Virus record (IMG/VR): IMGVR_UViG_3300017927_000001
DNA: 64,000 nucleotides
From: a virus
Direction: 5' to 3' (one strand)
A program made the translations under genes and the position numbers. Positions within the stretch are counted from its first letter, which is position 1. Each line of letters starts with the position of its first letter. Of this stretch, positions 1-7,779 are shown one piece after another. The notes below the pieces were generated by a model that saw nothing but the letters and a program-made list of their open reading frames with translations, ran no database searches and was not told the origin of the DNA.

Positions 1-195
1 GAAGTCACCATCGGAGACAACACCTACTCGGTCGAGGAGCTGGTCGATCAGCACAAGGCCCTCCGCAAGATCACCGAGGTGTACGATGCGCTGGACGAGA
101 AGTCCGAGAACGACAAGGAGGCCATGAGCGACAAGCAGAAGCTCAAGGCGTTCGACAAGATCCAGGAGATCGTGAGCAAACACGGCATCAGCTAA
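1..195 (+). CDS. 3' end of a CDS entering from upstream (hypothetical protein, last 64 aa)
   Basis: Frame 1 is open from the window edge to TAA at 193-195. Translation is EVTIGDNTYSVEELVDQHKALRKITEVYDALDEKSENDKEAMSDKQKLKAFDKIQEIVSKHGIS. Codon usage (AAG/GAG, G/C third positions) matches neighbouring genes. Confidence 0.5.
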   Translation, partial: EVTIGDNTYSVEELVDQHKALRKITEVYDALDEKSENDKEAMSDKQKLKAFDKIQEIVSKHGIS

Positions 196-288
196 GACCG
201 CCGACGAGCCCGTGCAATCCGGGCGAAACGGGTGCAGCGACACCCGTCCGGTCAATCTCGACCGATTCACCTACCAAGGAGTTCTATC

Positions 289-720
289 ATGGCTGCTACC
301 AAGACGATGCAAGACCTCATCAACAACGCCAAGACCACGAAGGCCGGCAAGGGCAAGAAGCCGGTCGTCAAGGCGGGCAAGCCCACCATCAAGCAGGGCA
401 AGCCGGCCCCGAAGTCCAGCAAGCCGGTCGTCAAGGCGAACGGCAAGTTCAAGGGCATCGTGGTCGCGGTGACCGCCGAGATCAGCAAGGGCAAGGAGGT
501 CACGCTGAACGTCACCCCGAAGAACCAGGATGCGGACGTCACCCGCATCAAGTCGCGTGCCCGTCAGGTCATGCGCCGGTACCTGCGCCGTCTGGGAAAG
601 ACGGATTGGCAAGGCTTCTCCACCGAGCTGCTGGAAGGCGTCGAGGCGTCCAAGGCGCAGAAGATGAGCGCGTACAAGGACCCGAAGACGGGTGCGCAGC
701 GGTTCGCCGTCTGCCCGTAA
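289..720 (+). CDS. Lys-rich hypothetical protein with a histone-H1-like basic N-terminal tail (possible DNA binding)
   Basis: ATG 289 is preceded by AAGGAG (276-281). N-terminus is MAATKTMQDLINNAKTTKAGKGKKPVVKAGKPTIKQGKPAPKSSKPVVKANGK, with KPVVKA repeated. A hairpin plus T-run follows the gene. The upstream extension to 232 lacks an RBS. Confidence 0.65.
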   Translation: MAATKTMQDLINNAKTTKAGKGKKPVVKAGKPTIKQGKPAPKSSKPVVKANGKFKGIVVAVTAEISKGKEVTLNVTPKNQDADVTRIKSRARQVMRRYLRRLGKTDWQGFSTELLEGVEASKAQKMSAYKDPKTGAQRFAVCP

Positions 721-744
721 CATGGGCCGGCTGCACGCTGGTAT

Positions 745-775
745 CAGGCAGGCCCTTCAGTGGGCCTGCTTTTTT
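745..775 (+). terminator. Rho-independent terminator
   Basis: Stem caggcaggccc (745-755) pairs imperfectly with gggcctgc (762-769), loop ttcagt, followed by tttttt (770-775). It lies directly after the stop at 720. Confidence 0.75.
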
Positions 776-839
776 CAACTCCGCATCGACCGACTGCTGA
801 TGGGCGAGCGGGCTTTCAACTACCTATACGGAGATCAAC

Positions 840-1661
840 GTGAGCAACGACGATCGCGACCGCGCGCTTGAGAAGATCAAGAAGCTGCTCGCACTGGCAA
901 AGGACGACCGGGGCAACATCAACGAATGCGAAGCCGCGATGCGGCAGGCACAGGCGTTGATGCGGAAGTGGCAGATCGACGAGACCGAGGCGATCCAGCA
1001 AGAGATCGCCACCATGGACGACGCCTTGGTGGCAGCGTGGGTCAAGGCGGGCCAGATGGCCTCCAAGGTCGTGCGCAAGTCGAACACCGGGCGCGGCAAG
1101 ACGCCGGAGTACGCGCAATGGCTCGCGGTGGCAACCGCCAACCTGTTCGACTGCAAGGTCGGCATCCACTACATCCACGAGCATGGCAAGGTGTTCATGT
1201 TCTACGGCTACAAGCACGACGTCGTGGTCGCGTGCTGGACCTTCGAGTACCTGTTGGCGTGCATCCGGCGCGGCAGCAAGGCGTTCAACAAGGCGATGAA
1301 CACCGGCCTCAAGCTCGACGAGTGGGGCATCACCCAGTACGACGCCGAGCGGATGCAGTTCTCGACCCCGGTCAAGCGCAACACGTCGTTCCGCGAGGGC
1401 ATGTCAAAGGGGCTGTGCAAGCGGCTTCGGGACATGCTGGCCGACAAGAAGAACCACCCCATCAAGGGTGAGAACGCTCTGGTCGTGCTCAAGGAAGACG
1501 CCATCAAGAAGAAGTTCGGGGACTTCTGCTACAAGACCAGCAAGGCAAAGGACGTCCACGATCTGGCTGCGTACTCCGCAGGGGTTACGCAGGCCCGTCG
1601 GACGAACATCAACACCGCAGTAGACCACACGAAGGACGAGAAGCTGCGGCTCAGCCACTAG
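840..1661 (+). CDS. DUF2786-like protein (common phage/plasmid family, function unknown)
   Basis: GTG start. N-terminal RALEKIKKLLALAKDDRGNINECEAAMRQAQALMRKWQI matches the DUF2786 signature as I remember it (KIxKLLALA...NxxEAxxAxxxAxxLM). The frame has high GC3. Confidence 0.7.
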   Translation: MSNDDRDRALEKIKKLLALAKDDRGNINECEAAMRQAQALMRKWQIDETEAIQQEIATMDDALVAAWVKAGQMASKVVRKSNTGRGKTPEYAQWLAVATANLFDCKVGIHYIHEHGKVFMFYGYKHDVVVACWTFEYLLACIRRGSKAFNKAMNTGLKLDEWGITQYDAERMQFSTPVKRNTSFREGMSKGLCKRLRDMLADKKNHPIKGENALVVLKEDAIKKKFGDFCYKTSKAKDVHDLAAYSAGVTQARRTNINTAVDHTKDEKLRLSH

Positions 1662-1672
1662 GAGATCAGGGC

Positions 1673-1879
1673 ATGGCGAAGAAGGCAATGACGCTGGAGG
1701 ACTGGCGCGGGCGGGTCCTGTCGATGACGGGCAACCAAGCGAAGTTCGAGTGGCTCAGCGCGGTCCACTGCCAAGCGATATTCAACCGGCAGTGCGTCGC
1801 GGAGTTCCAGAAGGATACATGGTGGATCGCAGACCCGGACGGGTTCACCATACACGGAGGGGACGTGCTCCCCGCGTAG
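1673..1879 (+). CDS. hypothetical protein (68 aa)
   Basis: ATG ORF with GGAG upstream. It is tightly packed after the previous stop, co-oriented, and followed by a hairpin. Confidence 0.55.
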   Translation: MAKKAMTLEDWRGRVLSMTGNQAKFEWLSAVHCQAIFNRQCVAEFQKDTWWIADPDGFTIHGGDVLPA

Positions 1880-1884
1880 GGTTT

Positions 1885-1912
1885 CCGGGAGAGGGGATAG
1901 TCCCTCTCTCGG
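1885..1912 (+). terminator. stem-loop after a CDS (weak terminator candidate, no T-run)
   Basis: An 11-bp stem, ccgggagaggg (1885-1895) with ccctctctcgg (1902-1912), includes one G-T pair. The loop is 6 nt. Confidence 0.3.
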
Positions 1913-1955
1913 GCATCTTGCCCGGTTTCAACCTACACCCAACCAGGAGATCCAC

Positions 1956-2168
1956 ATGGCAATGACCATCGAACGCGCGATGCTGACCACGCAGCAGCGC
2001 AGAAAGTATGACGACCTCGTTGCGCTGATAGAGGAGGCGTACAACGCGGGCTGGAGGAACTGCGTCCAGGCCCGCAACCGCGCGCCCTACCGCCCGATCA
2101 CCGGCACCGACGCAACCGCGATGCGCGACGACGCGGTGCAAGGTCTGGTTCGTCGATTCACCAAGTAA
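1956..2168 (+). CDS. hypothetical protein (70 aa)
   Basis: ATG preceded by CAGGAGA. Co-oriented and compactly spaced. Confidence 0.55.
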   Translation: MAMTIERAMLTTQQRRKYDDLVALIEEAYNAGWRNCVQARNRAPYRPITGTDATAMRDDAVQGLVRRFTK

Positions 2169-2181
2169 GTAAGGAGACAAC

Positions 2182-2547
2182 ATGCAACACGGAGACGAAG
2201 ACCCAGTGGCGGACCAGTCAAGCGCCCCCACCTACAGCATCCGGATCTCGCGCACCGAGGAAGGCAGACTCGAGCTCGACATATCGGACCTCAGCACGCT
2301 GACCAATGGCCGCACGTTCCCGTTCGGGTTCGACGTGTATGAGCACGAGTGGCAGATCACGGGCCGCTGGACCACTGGGCAGGATGGCTATGCCTCGTGG
2401 GCTGTGCTCTATACGGCAGTCGACCGCAGGCTCATCGTACGACGCGGTGTCTGCCGGATCGGCGCTCTGGTGCTGGCAATAATGGGCGCCATCAACGAGG
2501 TCACCCGGGAAGCCGGGTGGCCCCTTCCCCTCAACCAAGGCATGTGA
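2182..2547 (+). CDS. hypothetical protein (121 aa)
   Basis: ATG preceded by AAGGAGA (2171-2177). Co-oriented. Confidence 0.55.
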   Translation: MQHGDEDPVADQSSAPTYSIRISRTEEGRLELDISDLSTLTNGRTFPFGFDVYEHEWQITGRWTTGQDGYASWAVLYTAVDRRLIVRRGVCRIGALVLAIMGAINEVTREAGWPLPLNQGM

Positions 2548-2572
2548 ACCACAACCACCACAGGAGATCACC

Positions 2573-2740
2573 ATGAAGCTCAAAGTTACGCTCAGCAATT
2601 CCGCGGGCTGGCTTGACTCGCGCGTTACCGGCGAGGAGGAGCCCGAAACGCACGCGGCGCAGCTTGCCTGCCAAATGATTTCGGAGGCCGGCGAACTGCA
2701 CGCGGGAGACACCATCACCGTCGAAGAGGTGTCCGAATGA
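2573..2740 (+). CDS. small hypothetical protein (55 aa, below the ORF-track cutoff)
   Basis: ATG 2573 follows CAGGAGA. Translation is MKLKVTLSNSAGWLDSRVTGEEEPETHAAQLACQMISEAGELHAGDTITVEEVSE. Its stop overlaps the next start (ATGA at 2737-2740). Confidence 0.45.
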   Translation: MKLKVTLSNSAGWLDSRVTGEEEPETHAAQLACQMISEAGELHAGDTITVEEVSE

Positions 2741-2973
2741 ACAAGGCCCGCCGCAAGGAGATAGAAGACGCACGGGACCTGCTCGAACGTGCCAAGGACA
2801 CACTCGAGAAGTGTCGCGACGAGGAGCGGGAAGCGTTCGACAACATGCCCGAGGGTCTGCAGAACTCGGAGCGGGGCCAGCAGACGGATACCAATGCCAG
2901 CGAGTTGGAGTCCGCTTGTGAAGTCCTGGACGAGATCCTCAGCAGCCTCGACGAGATCGAAGGAGGTGAGTAA
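2737..2973 (+). CDS. hypothetical acidic helical protein (78 aa)
   Basis: ATGA-coupled to the upstream ORF. Charged helical sequence KEIEDARDLLERAKDTLEKCRDEEREAFDNMPEGLQ. Confidence 0.55.
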   Translation: MNKARRKEIEDARDLLERAKDTLEKCRDEEREAFDNMPEGLQNSERGQQTDTNASELESACEVLDEILSSLDEIEGGE

Positions 2974-3486
2974 ATGAACCGCTTCAAGAACCACGTCATG
3001 CGCAAGGAGTACGAGGTCGCTTCGTATTGCTGGCGCATCAAACACCGAGACCTCTTCCGCAACGGGGAACCCTACCGCCACGGAAGCAGCTTCGCGAACT
3101 TCTTCTGGGCCGGCTACGACGGCCGCATCCCGTCCGGGTGCGGGCGGGGCTTTACCGACCGGGCCAGCCGGGAGATGATCGGGTACGCGTGGTACCGGGC
3201 GGGGCAGGACTGCGCCGGGGAGGCCCAAAAAGCCTCCAAAACGGCCCCCAGTGCCCCGCAGGCCGGCATCCCTGCCCACACCCCCACCCCCGGCACCCGG
3301 GACGCCCCAAAAGGCCCTAAAACGGCTCCCAAAGGCACCGGCATCCCGGGCCTAGCCGTACCCCTTGCCTCCCAAGCCGGGGAGGCACCACGGGCCGCTA
3401 ATGGCCCCAAAAAGGGTCCCAATATGGGGACCGCTGGTAGGTTTGCCACCCAAGCCGACCGGGACGATTTCGACTGCCGGAGGTGA
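2974..3486 (+). CDS. hypothetical protein with a Pro/Ala/Lys-rich repetitive C-terminal half
   Basis: The ATG directly follows the previous stop. The N-terminal half looks globular (MNRFKNHVMRKEYEVASYCWRIKHRDLF...). The C-terminal half is low-complexity and carries phased A-tract repeats (see findings), so coding status of that half is less certain. Confidence 0.5.
   Translation: MNRFKNHVMRKEYEVASYCWRIKHRDLFRNGEPYRHGSSFANFFWAGYDGRIPSGCGRGFTDRASREMIGYAWYRAGQDCAGEAQKASKTAPSAPQAGIPAHTPTPGTRDAPKGPKTAPKGTGIPGLAVPLASQAGEAPRAANGPKKGPNMGTAGRFATQADRDDFDCRR
3223..3429 (+). repeat. three copies of an A-tract-containing repeat unit (CCCAAAA..AAAACGG type)
   Basis: Units are gcccaaaaagcctccaaaacggccccc (3223-3249), cgccccaaaaggccctaaaacggctccc (from 3303) and ggccccaaaaagggtcccaatatgggg (3403-3429). 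ccggcatccc also recurs, at 3262-3271 and 3338-3347. Confidence 0.6.
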
Positions 3487-3489
3487 GCC

Positions 3490-3681
3490 GTGATCATCGC
3501 ATTTTTGTTCCTCATCCTGCTGTGCCTGCTGTTCCCGAACCTCATGCGGGCGCTGGCCCTGCTGTTCATCATCGTGTGCGTGCGTGCCTGTGCTGGCTCT
3601 GAGGAACCCAAGCCGGCACCCACACCCGCAATCCATCAAACCCTGAAAGGAGATCACCATGCGCCTCGGGCCGATCATTGA
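3490..3681 (+). CDS. small hydrophobic (membrane) protein, 63 aa
   Basis: GTG start 4 nt after the previous stop. Very hydrophobic N-terminus (IIAFLFLILLCLLFPNLMRALALLFIIVCV). High GC3 over the hydrophobic part. Confidence 0.45.
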   Translation: MIIAFLFLILLCLLFPNLMRALALLFIIVCVRACAGSEEPKPAPTPAIHQTLKGDHHAPRADH

Positions 3682-3826
3682 CCTGTTCGACAGATGGTGG
3701 AGCCGGTACCGCTCCCGGGACTTCTCCACCTATAAGGAAGCCGCTCGGGCTGGCTACGTTGCCGGGTTCCGTGCTGGCAAGAAGGCATGGGAGGAAGACT
3801 TTGCGCGTCGATCCAGGGGGGAATGA
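3659..3826 (+). CDS. small hypothetical protein (55 aa, below the ORF-track cutoff)
   Basis: ATG 3659 is preceded by GAAAGGAG. Translation is MRLGPIIDLFDRWWSRYRSRDFSTYKEAARAGYVAGFRAGKKAWEEDFARRSRGE. Its stop overlaps the next ATG. Confidence 0.4.
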   Translation: MRLGPIIDLFDRWWSRYRSRDFSTYKEAARAGYVAGFRAGKKAWEEDFARRSRGE

Positions 3827-4119
3827 TGCTCACGCCGGAACAGGCACGTCTCCTCCGCGAGAGGATCAGGAGGCAGGAGGAGGAGAGGCTGGCTCAAGCT
3901 GGCACAGGGCACGCACGCCATCAGAAGCCCCGGGAACGCCCCCTGGAGGATCAAGTCGAACGTGCCCGCAACTTGACCCGCAACATGGTATCCCTGGAAG
4001 GTGCGGATCACGTCGACGTTTGCATGTCCAAGGACAACAAGACCCTCTGGATCAACGTGGATGGGGTGTGCGTGCTGCGCATCTGCCGCATCAAGAAAAT
4101 GGACCTTACCAGAGCCTGA
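3823..4119 (+). CDS. hypothetical protein (98 aa)
   Basis: An internal ATG at 3823 is ATGA-coupled to the upstream ORF, so I prefer it over 3787. Translation MMLTPEQARLLRERIRRQEEERLAQ...DNKTLWINVDGVCVLRICRIKKMDL. Confidence 0.5.
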   Translation: MMLTPEQARLLRERIRRQEEERLAQAGTGHARHQKPRERPLEDQVERARNLTRNMVSLEGADHVDVCMSKDNKTLWINVDGVCVLRICRIKKMDLTRA

Positions 4120-4130
4120 AAGGAGGAACC

Positions 4131-4193
4131 CTGAATCGAGGAACACTGGGCAGCGAGCGCAGCGAGCCTGCTCCAGTGGAATCCTCGATTCAG
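4131..4193. repeat. long imperfect inverted repeat (hairpin) in a non-coding region
   Basis: ctgaatcgagga (4131-4142) is a perfect 12-bp complement of tcctcgattcag (4182-4193). Inner arms are cactgg (4144-4149)/ccagtg (4173-4178) and gcag/ctgc. Confidence 0.7.
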
Positions 4194-4220
4194 CTCGCGG
4201 GAGCGAAGCGGAGCGAGCAG

Positions 4221-4253
4221 TCCCGTCAATCCGAACACCTACTCCCGTCAATC
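4221..4253. repeat. 11-bp direct repeat tcccgtcaatc x2, start-to-start spacing 22 bp
   Basis: Copies at 4221-4231 and 4243-4253. Followed by the palindrome gtagtac-gtaa-gtactac (4271-4288) and two GTAAGTA motifs. Confidence 0.7.
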
Positions 4254-4330
4254 GCCAAAGGCATGACGGAGTAGTACGTAAGTACTACGTAGTCTACGCG
4301 CGTGCGTAAGTAAATACGAAGGAGTGGACC

Positions 4331-4585
4331 ATGAGCAAGGAACGGGAGTTCCGGAAAGACGCAGAAAAACTTCTCAGAAACGCTGCTCGAAGGATCCAAG
4401 GCAAGCCCAGTCAAAAGGATCTCATCGAAGCTGCCGCGATGAGCAAACGAGCTGGCAGGCTAATCAACCGGCTAGCGTGGGTCCGTCTCAACCGGATGAA
4501 GTGGCTTGCAAAGGAGGGATACTATTCCGCGCCCAAGGCAAGGAAGCCGCGTATCAAAACCAGCAATGAAGGAGACATACCATGA
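4331..4585 (+). CDS. hypothetical basic protein (84 aa)
   Basis: ATG preceded by GAAGGAG (4318-4324). It is the first gene after the 210-nt non-coding region. Confidence 0.55.
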   Translation: MSKEREFRKDAEKLLRNAARRIQGKPSQKDLIEAAAMSKRAGRLINRLAWVRLNRMKWLAKEGYYSAPKARKPRIKTSNEGDIP

Positions 4586-4806
4586 CAAAGGTCCGCAACG
4601 TCACAAAGGTCCGGAACAAGGGAGGCCGGCCGAAGGGCTCCCGAAACAAGAGCAAGCTGCAGAACGCAGGTATCCAGCGCAGGCTCGAGAAGGTCCTGGT
4701 TGAGAAGGCCCTCGCCGGGGATATCGACGCCATCAAGGCGTGCTTTGACATCCTTGGCAGGCGAGTGGAACCCCGCAGGGCTGGAAGGATGGCAGCCACC
4801 GTATGA
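4582..4806 (+). CDS. hypothetical basic protein (74 aa; GGRPKGS motif, possible DNA binding)
   Basis: ATGA-coupled. N-terminus MTKVRNVTKVRNKGGRPKGSRNKSKL contains an internal duplicated TKVRN. Confidence 0.55.
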   Translation: MTKVRNVTKVRNKGGRPKGSRNKSKLQNAGIQRRLEKVLVEKALAGDIDAIKACFDILGRRVEPRRAGRMAATV

Positions 4807-5303
4807 ACACGCAGCAGAAGGCGGGCGACTTCCTGAACAGGTTCTACGAGTTGGGGGGCGAGGTGCAGCGCGCCGTGCTGGCCCTGCTACACGTGAGCAG
4901 GGACCAGAAGCGCGCGGTCTTCGACGAGCTGAGCCAGGAGCACGCCCTCTACCAGCTCATCTGCGACCAGTTCATGCAGCGCAAGGGCATCAAGCTCAAG
5001 AGCTTCCGCAGCGCGTGCCAGCGCCGGTACAACCGCCAGCTACTCACCGAGGCCATACAGCTCATCGTGCCGGCAGGTACCACGCGCAAGATCCGCGACA
5101 CGCTGTTCCTGATGACCGCGGAGGCGGTTGTGATATCCACGCGGGTCCCACCGCAAACAGAGGAGGAGTACATCACGTTCCTCGAGAGGATCGTTCTTTG
5201 CGTCGAGCTCAACTATCCCGGCTACCGGAGGTCCCGGCTTCTGGTCCCGATTGCCGTGATGCGAATGAGCGGCCGACTGGTTCACAACAGAGTCAAGGAG
5301 TAG
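4803..5303 (+). CDS. hypothetical protein (166 aa)
   Basis: ATGA-coupled to the upstream ORF. The alternative 249-aa ORF 4700-5449 is Arg/Pro/Gly-rich out-of-frame noise. Confidence 0.55.
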   Translation: MNTQQKAGDFLNRFYELGGEVQRAVLALLHVSRDQKRAVFDELSQEHALYQLICDQFMQRKGIKLKSFRSACQRRYNRQLLTEAIQLIVPAGTTRKIRDTLFLMTAEAVVISTRVPPQTEEEYITFLERIVLCVELNYPGYRRSRLLVPIAVMRMSGRLVHNRVKE

Positions 5304-5309
5304 CCCCCA

Positions 5310-6056
5310 ATGTTCGGCACGAACCCAGTGCGTCACCTCGAGAACAGAACCGACGGCATGTTCCGGGTGCAGGAGATCTTCCGCACCATCCAAGGCGAAG
5401 GCCCGTTTGTGGGAACCCCCGCGATCTTCATCCGGCTGGCCGGCTGTAACCTGCGCTGCCACTTTTGCGACACCGACTTCGAGTCGAACTATGAGAACCT
5501 CATGTCGGTGTTCGACATCCAGAAGCGCGTCGAAACCCTTGCTGGTCACGGAATCCGCCTCGTCGTGGTAACAGGCGGCGAGCCTCTGCTCCAGCGCGTC
5601 GATAACCTAGTTGTCACGATGCCGGGGTACCACTTCCAAATCGAAACCGCAGGCACCGTGAACCCATTCAACGGGTTCATCCTCTCCGACCTGTGCGTGT
5701 CAAAGCTATCCGAGCGCCCGGTACCGGGCCGGATGTCAATCGTCATTAGTCCCAAGACCCCCGTGCTCAACAAGCAGATCGCAAACTGGGCTCACTCCTA
5801 CAAGTACATCGTCAGCATCAATGCCAACATCGACCGGGATGATGGTCTGCCGGTCGACAACACACAGCAGCTTGAGGAGGGCGTGAGCATGTATCCGCTT
5901 GCGAAGCCCCCACCCGGCTTTCCCAGGAACCGCATCTTTATCCAGCCGTGCGATGACCTGAACAAGCCGGAGAACACGAAGCTCGCGATTGACGTCTGCC
6001 TCGAGTACGGCTACCGGCTGTCCCTCCAGACCCACAAGCTGATAGGTCTCCCATGA
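5310..6056 (+). CDS. queE: 7-carboxy-7-deazaguanine synthase QueE (radical SAM)
   Basis: EIFRTIQGEGPFVGTPAIFIRLAGCNLRCHFCDTDF contains the QueE-type CxxxCxxC cluster motif and the conserved QGEG segment. Length 248 aa. Confidence 0.85.
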   Translation: MFGTNPVRHLENRTDGMFRVQEIFRTIQGEGPFVGTPAIFIRLAGCNLRCHFCDTDFESNYENLMSVFDIQKRVETLAGHGIRLVVVTGGEPLLQRVDNLVVTMPGYHFQIETAGTVNPFNGFILSDLCVSKLSERPVPGRMSIVISPKTPVLNKQIANWAHSYKYIVSINANIDRDDGLPVDNTQQLEEGVSMYPLAKPPPGFPRNRIFIQPCDDLNKPENTKLAIDVCLEYGYRLSLQTHKLIGLP

Positions 6057-6241
6057 ACGACGAACTTGAGATCCTGCGAGCACGCTTCCGGCGATGGTGG
6101 TACCTTCTGATCTCCGGCATGTGGCGCGGCGAGTGCGCCATCAACGTCCGGGATGACGATGGCAACGTCATCGGGCTGGCCTCTGGTGTATCCACCCAAG
6201 GCGCATTCACCCACATCCGCATCTGGTGGGAGAAGCCATGA
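6053..6241 (+). CDS. hypothetical protein (62 aa)
   Basis: ATGA-coupled at both ends, between queE and the helicase. Confidence 0.5.
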   Translation: MNDELEILRARFRRWWYLLISGMWRGECAINVRDDDGNVIGLASGVSTQGAFTHIRIWWEKP

Positions 6242-7656
6242 AGGACTCGGAGCTTCCAGTACCGCTTCAAGAGAACCTCCTCACACTGGCGATCTACAAC
6301 GACACCGCAGCCAAGCGCATCCGGGCTACGGTGCCCGTGAACCTGTTCACGACCCGGCACTACCGCGACATCATGTCGAAGGTCTACGACTATGTGGACC
6401 GTTACGGGGCCGCGCCGAAGAACCATCTGGCGGATGAGTTCGATGAGCTTCTGATCCAAGAGTCCGACGAGGCCGAGCTGGTAGGCAACGCATTGACCAA
6501 TGCGACCAAGCTCAAGGACACAATGAACGAGGTCTACATCCTGGACCAGCTCGACAAGTTCACTCGCCAGCAGACACTCAAGATCGGCATCATAGAGGCC
6601 CACGAGAAGATACAGAACGGGGACCTGGACCAAGCCGAGGAGCTGCTCCAGCGGGCACTGCGCACCCGCAGCATCAGCTTCGAACCGGGAATAACCCTGC
6701 CGGCAGTGGTCAAGATGTTGAAGGACGGCGCCGACATGCGGGACCCGATTGCCACGGGCGTAGAGCTCATTGATAGACTGGGCCTCGGGCCGGCACGCCA
6801 GGAGCTTCACCTGTTCATCGGCCCACCCAAGCGAGGGAAATCATGGTGGCTGATCCACATGGTCAAGCGGGCGCTGATGCAACGGCTGCGCGGTGTGGCG
6901 ATCACGCTTGAGATGAGCGAGAAGCTGTGGGGCCAGCGGGTGCTCCAGTCCGTGAGCCGCATGACGATGCGCGAGATCGAGAGCCTGACCATGACCGAGA
7001 TCGTGAAGGACAAGCACGGCAAGCTCGAGAGCTTCAACCGCAGGGGCGTGAAGCCGGAATCGCTGCTGAGCCCCGGCGCGCTCGACAAGGTCACGCGGCG
7101 GGTGGATTGGCTGAACTACGAGGACCGGCTGCTTATCAAAGGCTTCGCCCCCAAGTCCCTCACGCTCATGGGACTCGAGGCGTACCTCGACGCGCTGGCC
7201 GACACGGGTTTCTACCCCGACTTCCTTGTGGTCGACTATCCGCAGCTCATGAAGCTGGACATCAAGAACTACCGGCTGGAGCTTGGCGAGCTGATGGTGA
7301 ACCTGCGCCGGCTGGCAGTGGAGCGGAACTTCGCGATGGTCGTGGCTCACCAATCGAACCGGGCCGGGGCCGGGGCTTCGCTGCTCAAGGAGGAACACGC
7401 GGCGGAAGACTTCTCGGTTATCGCGACCGCTGACTGTGTGTTCACGTACAGCCAATCCAAGGCCGAGCGTGAGTGGAACCTTGCGCGGCTGTTCGTCAGC
7501 AATGCGCGCAACGAGGCGGACCGGTTTGCCATGCTGCTGACACAGAACTACGCACTGGGCCAGTTCGTGCTCGAGAGCATGAGGCTAAGTGACGAGTACG
7601 CGGAGATACTTAGAGAGACCACTGGTGAAGAGGAGCAAGAAGATGAAGAGACTTGA
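6238..7656 (+). CDS. DnaB-like replicative DNA helicase
   Basis: Walker A FIGPPKRGKSWW, Walker B FLVVDYPQLM, and VVAHQSNRAG (DnaB-type QxNR motif). The N-terminal helical domain begins LQENLLTLAIYND. Start 6238 is ATGA-coupled. Confidence 0.8.
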   Translation: MKDSELPVPLQENLLTLAIYNDTAAKRIRATVPVNLFTTRHYRDIMSKVYDYVDRYGAAPKNHLADEFDELLIQESDEAELVGNALTNATKLKDTMNEVYILDQLDKFTRQQTLKIGIIEAHEKIQNGDLDQAEELLQRALRTRSISFEPGITLPAVVKMLKDGADMRDPIATGVELIDRLGLGPARQELHLFIGPPKRGKSWWLIHMVKRALMQRLRGVAITLEMSEKLWGQRVLQSVSRMTMREIESLTMTEIVKDKHGKLESFNRRGVKPESLLSPGALDKVTRRVDWLNYEDRLLIKGFAPKSLTLMGLEAYLDALADTGFYPDFLVVDYPQLMKLDIKNYRLELGELMVNLRRLAVERNFAMVVAHQSNRAGAGASLLKEEHAAEDFSVIATADCVFTYSQSKAEREWNLARLFVSNARNEADRFAMLLTQNYALGQFVLESMRLSDEYAEILRETTGEEEQEDEET

Positions 7657-7777
7657 GGACTACGATGAGCAGGAGTTGTTCGAGCGGGGGCTGGTAGCCA
7701 TCGCGATCGTTCTGACCCTGTTGGGCCTGTGTATCTACAGCTCGCTGTTCCTGCGGCTGCTTTACCTGGGAGCGTAA
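7643..7777 (+). CDS. small membrane protein (44 aa)
   Basis: An internal ATG overlaps the helicase stop. MKRLEDYDEQELFERGLVAIAIVLTLLGLCIYSSLFLRLLYLGA has one clear TM helix. Confidence 0.4.
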   Translation: MKRLEDYDEQELFERGLVAIAIVLTLLGLCIYSSLFLRLLYLGA

Positions 7778-7779
7778 CC

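Noticed and set aside
3678-4274. 198-aa plus-strand ORF spanning the 4120-4330 repeat region
   Set aside because: Gly/Arg/Pro-rich out-of-frame reading of real small genes (3659-3826, 3823-4119), followed by read-through of a repeat- and hairpin-filled non-coding region. No RBS.
4700-5449. 249-aa ORF overlapping 4803-5303 and the queE start
   Set aside because: Arg/Pro/Gly/Ala-rich alternative frame. It conflicts with queE, which has unambiguous motifs.
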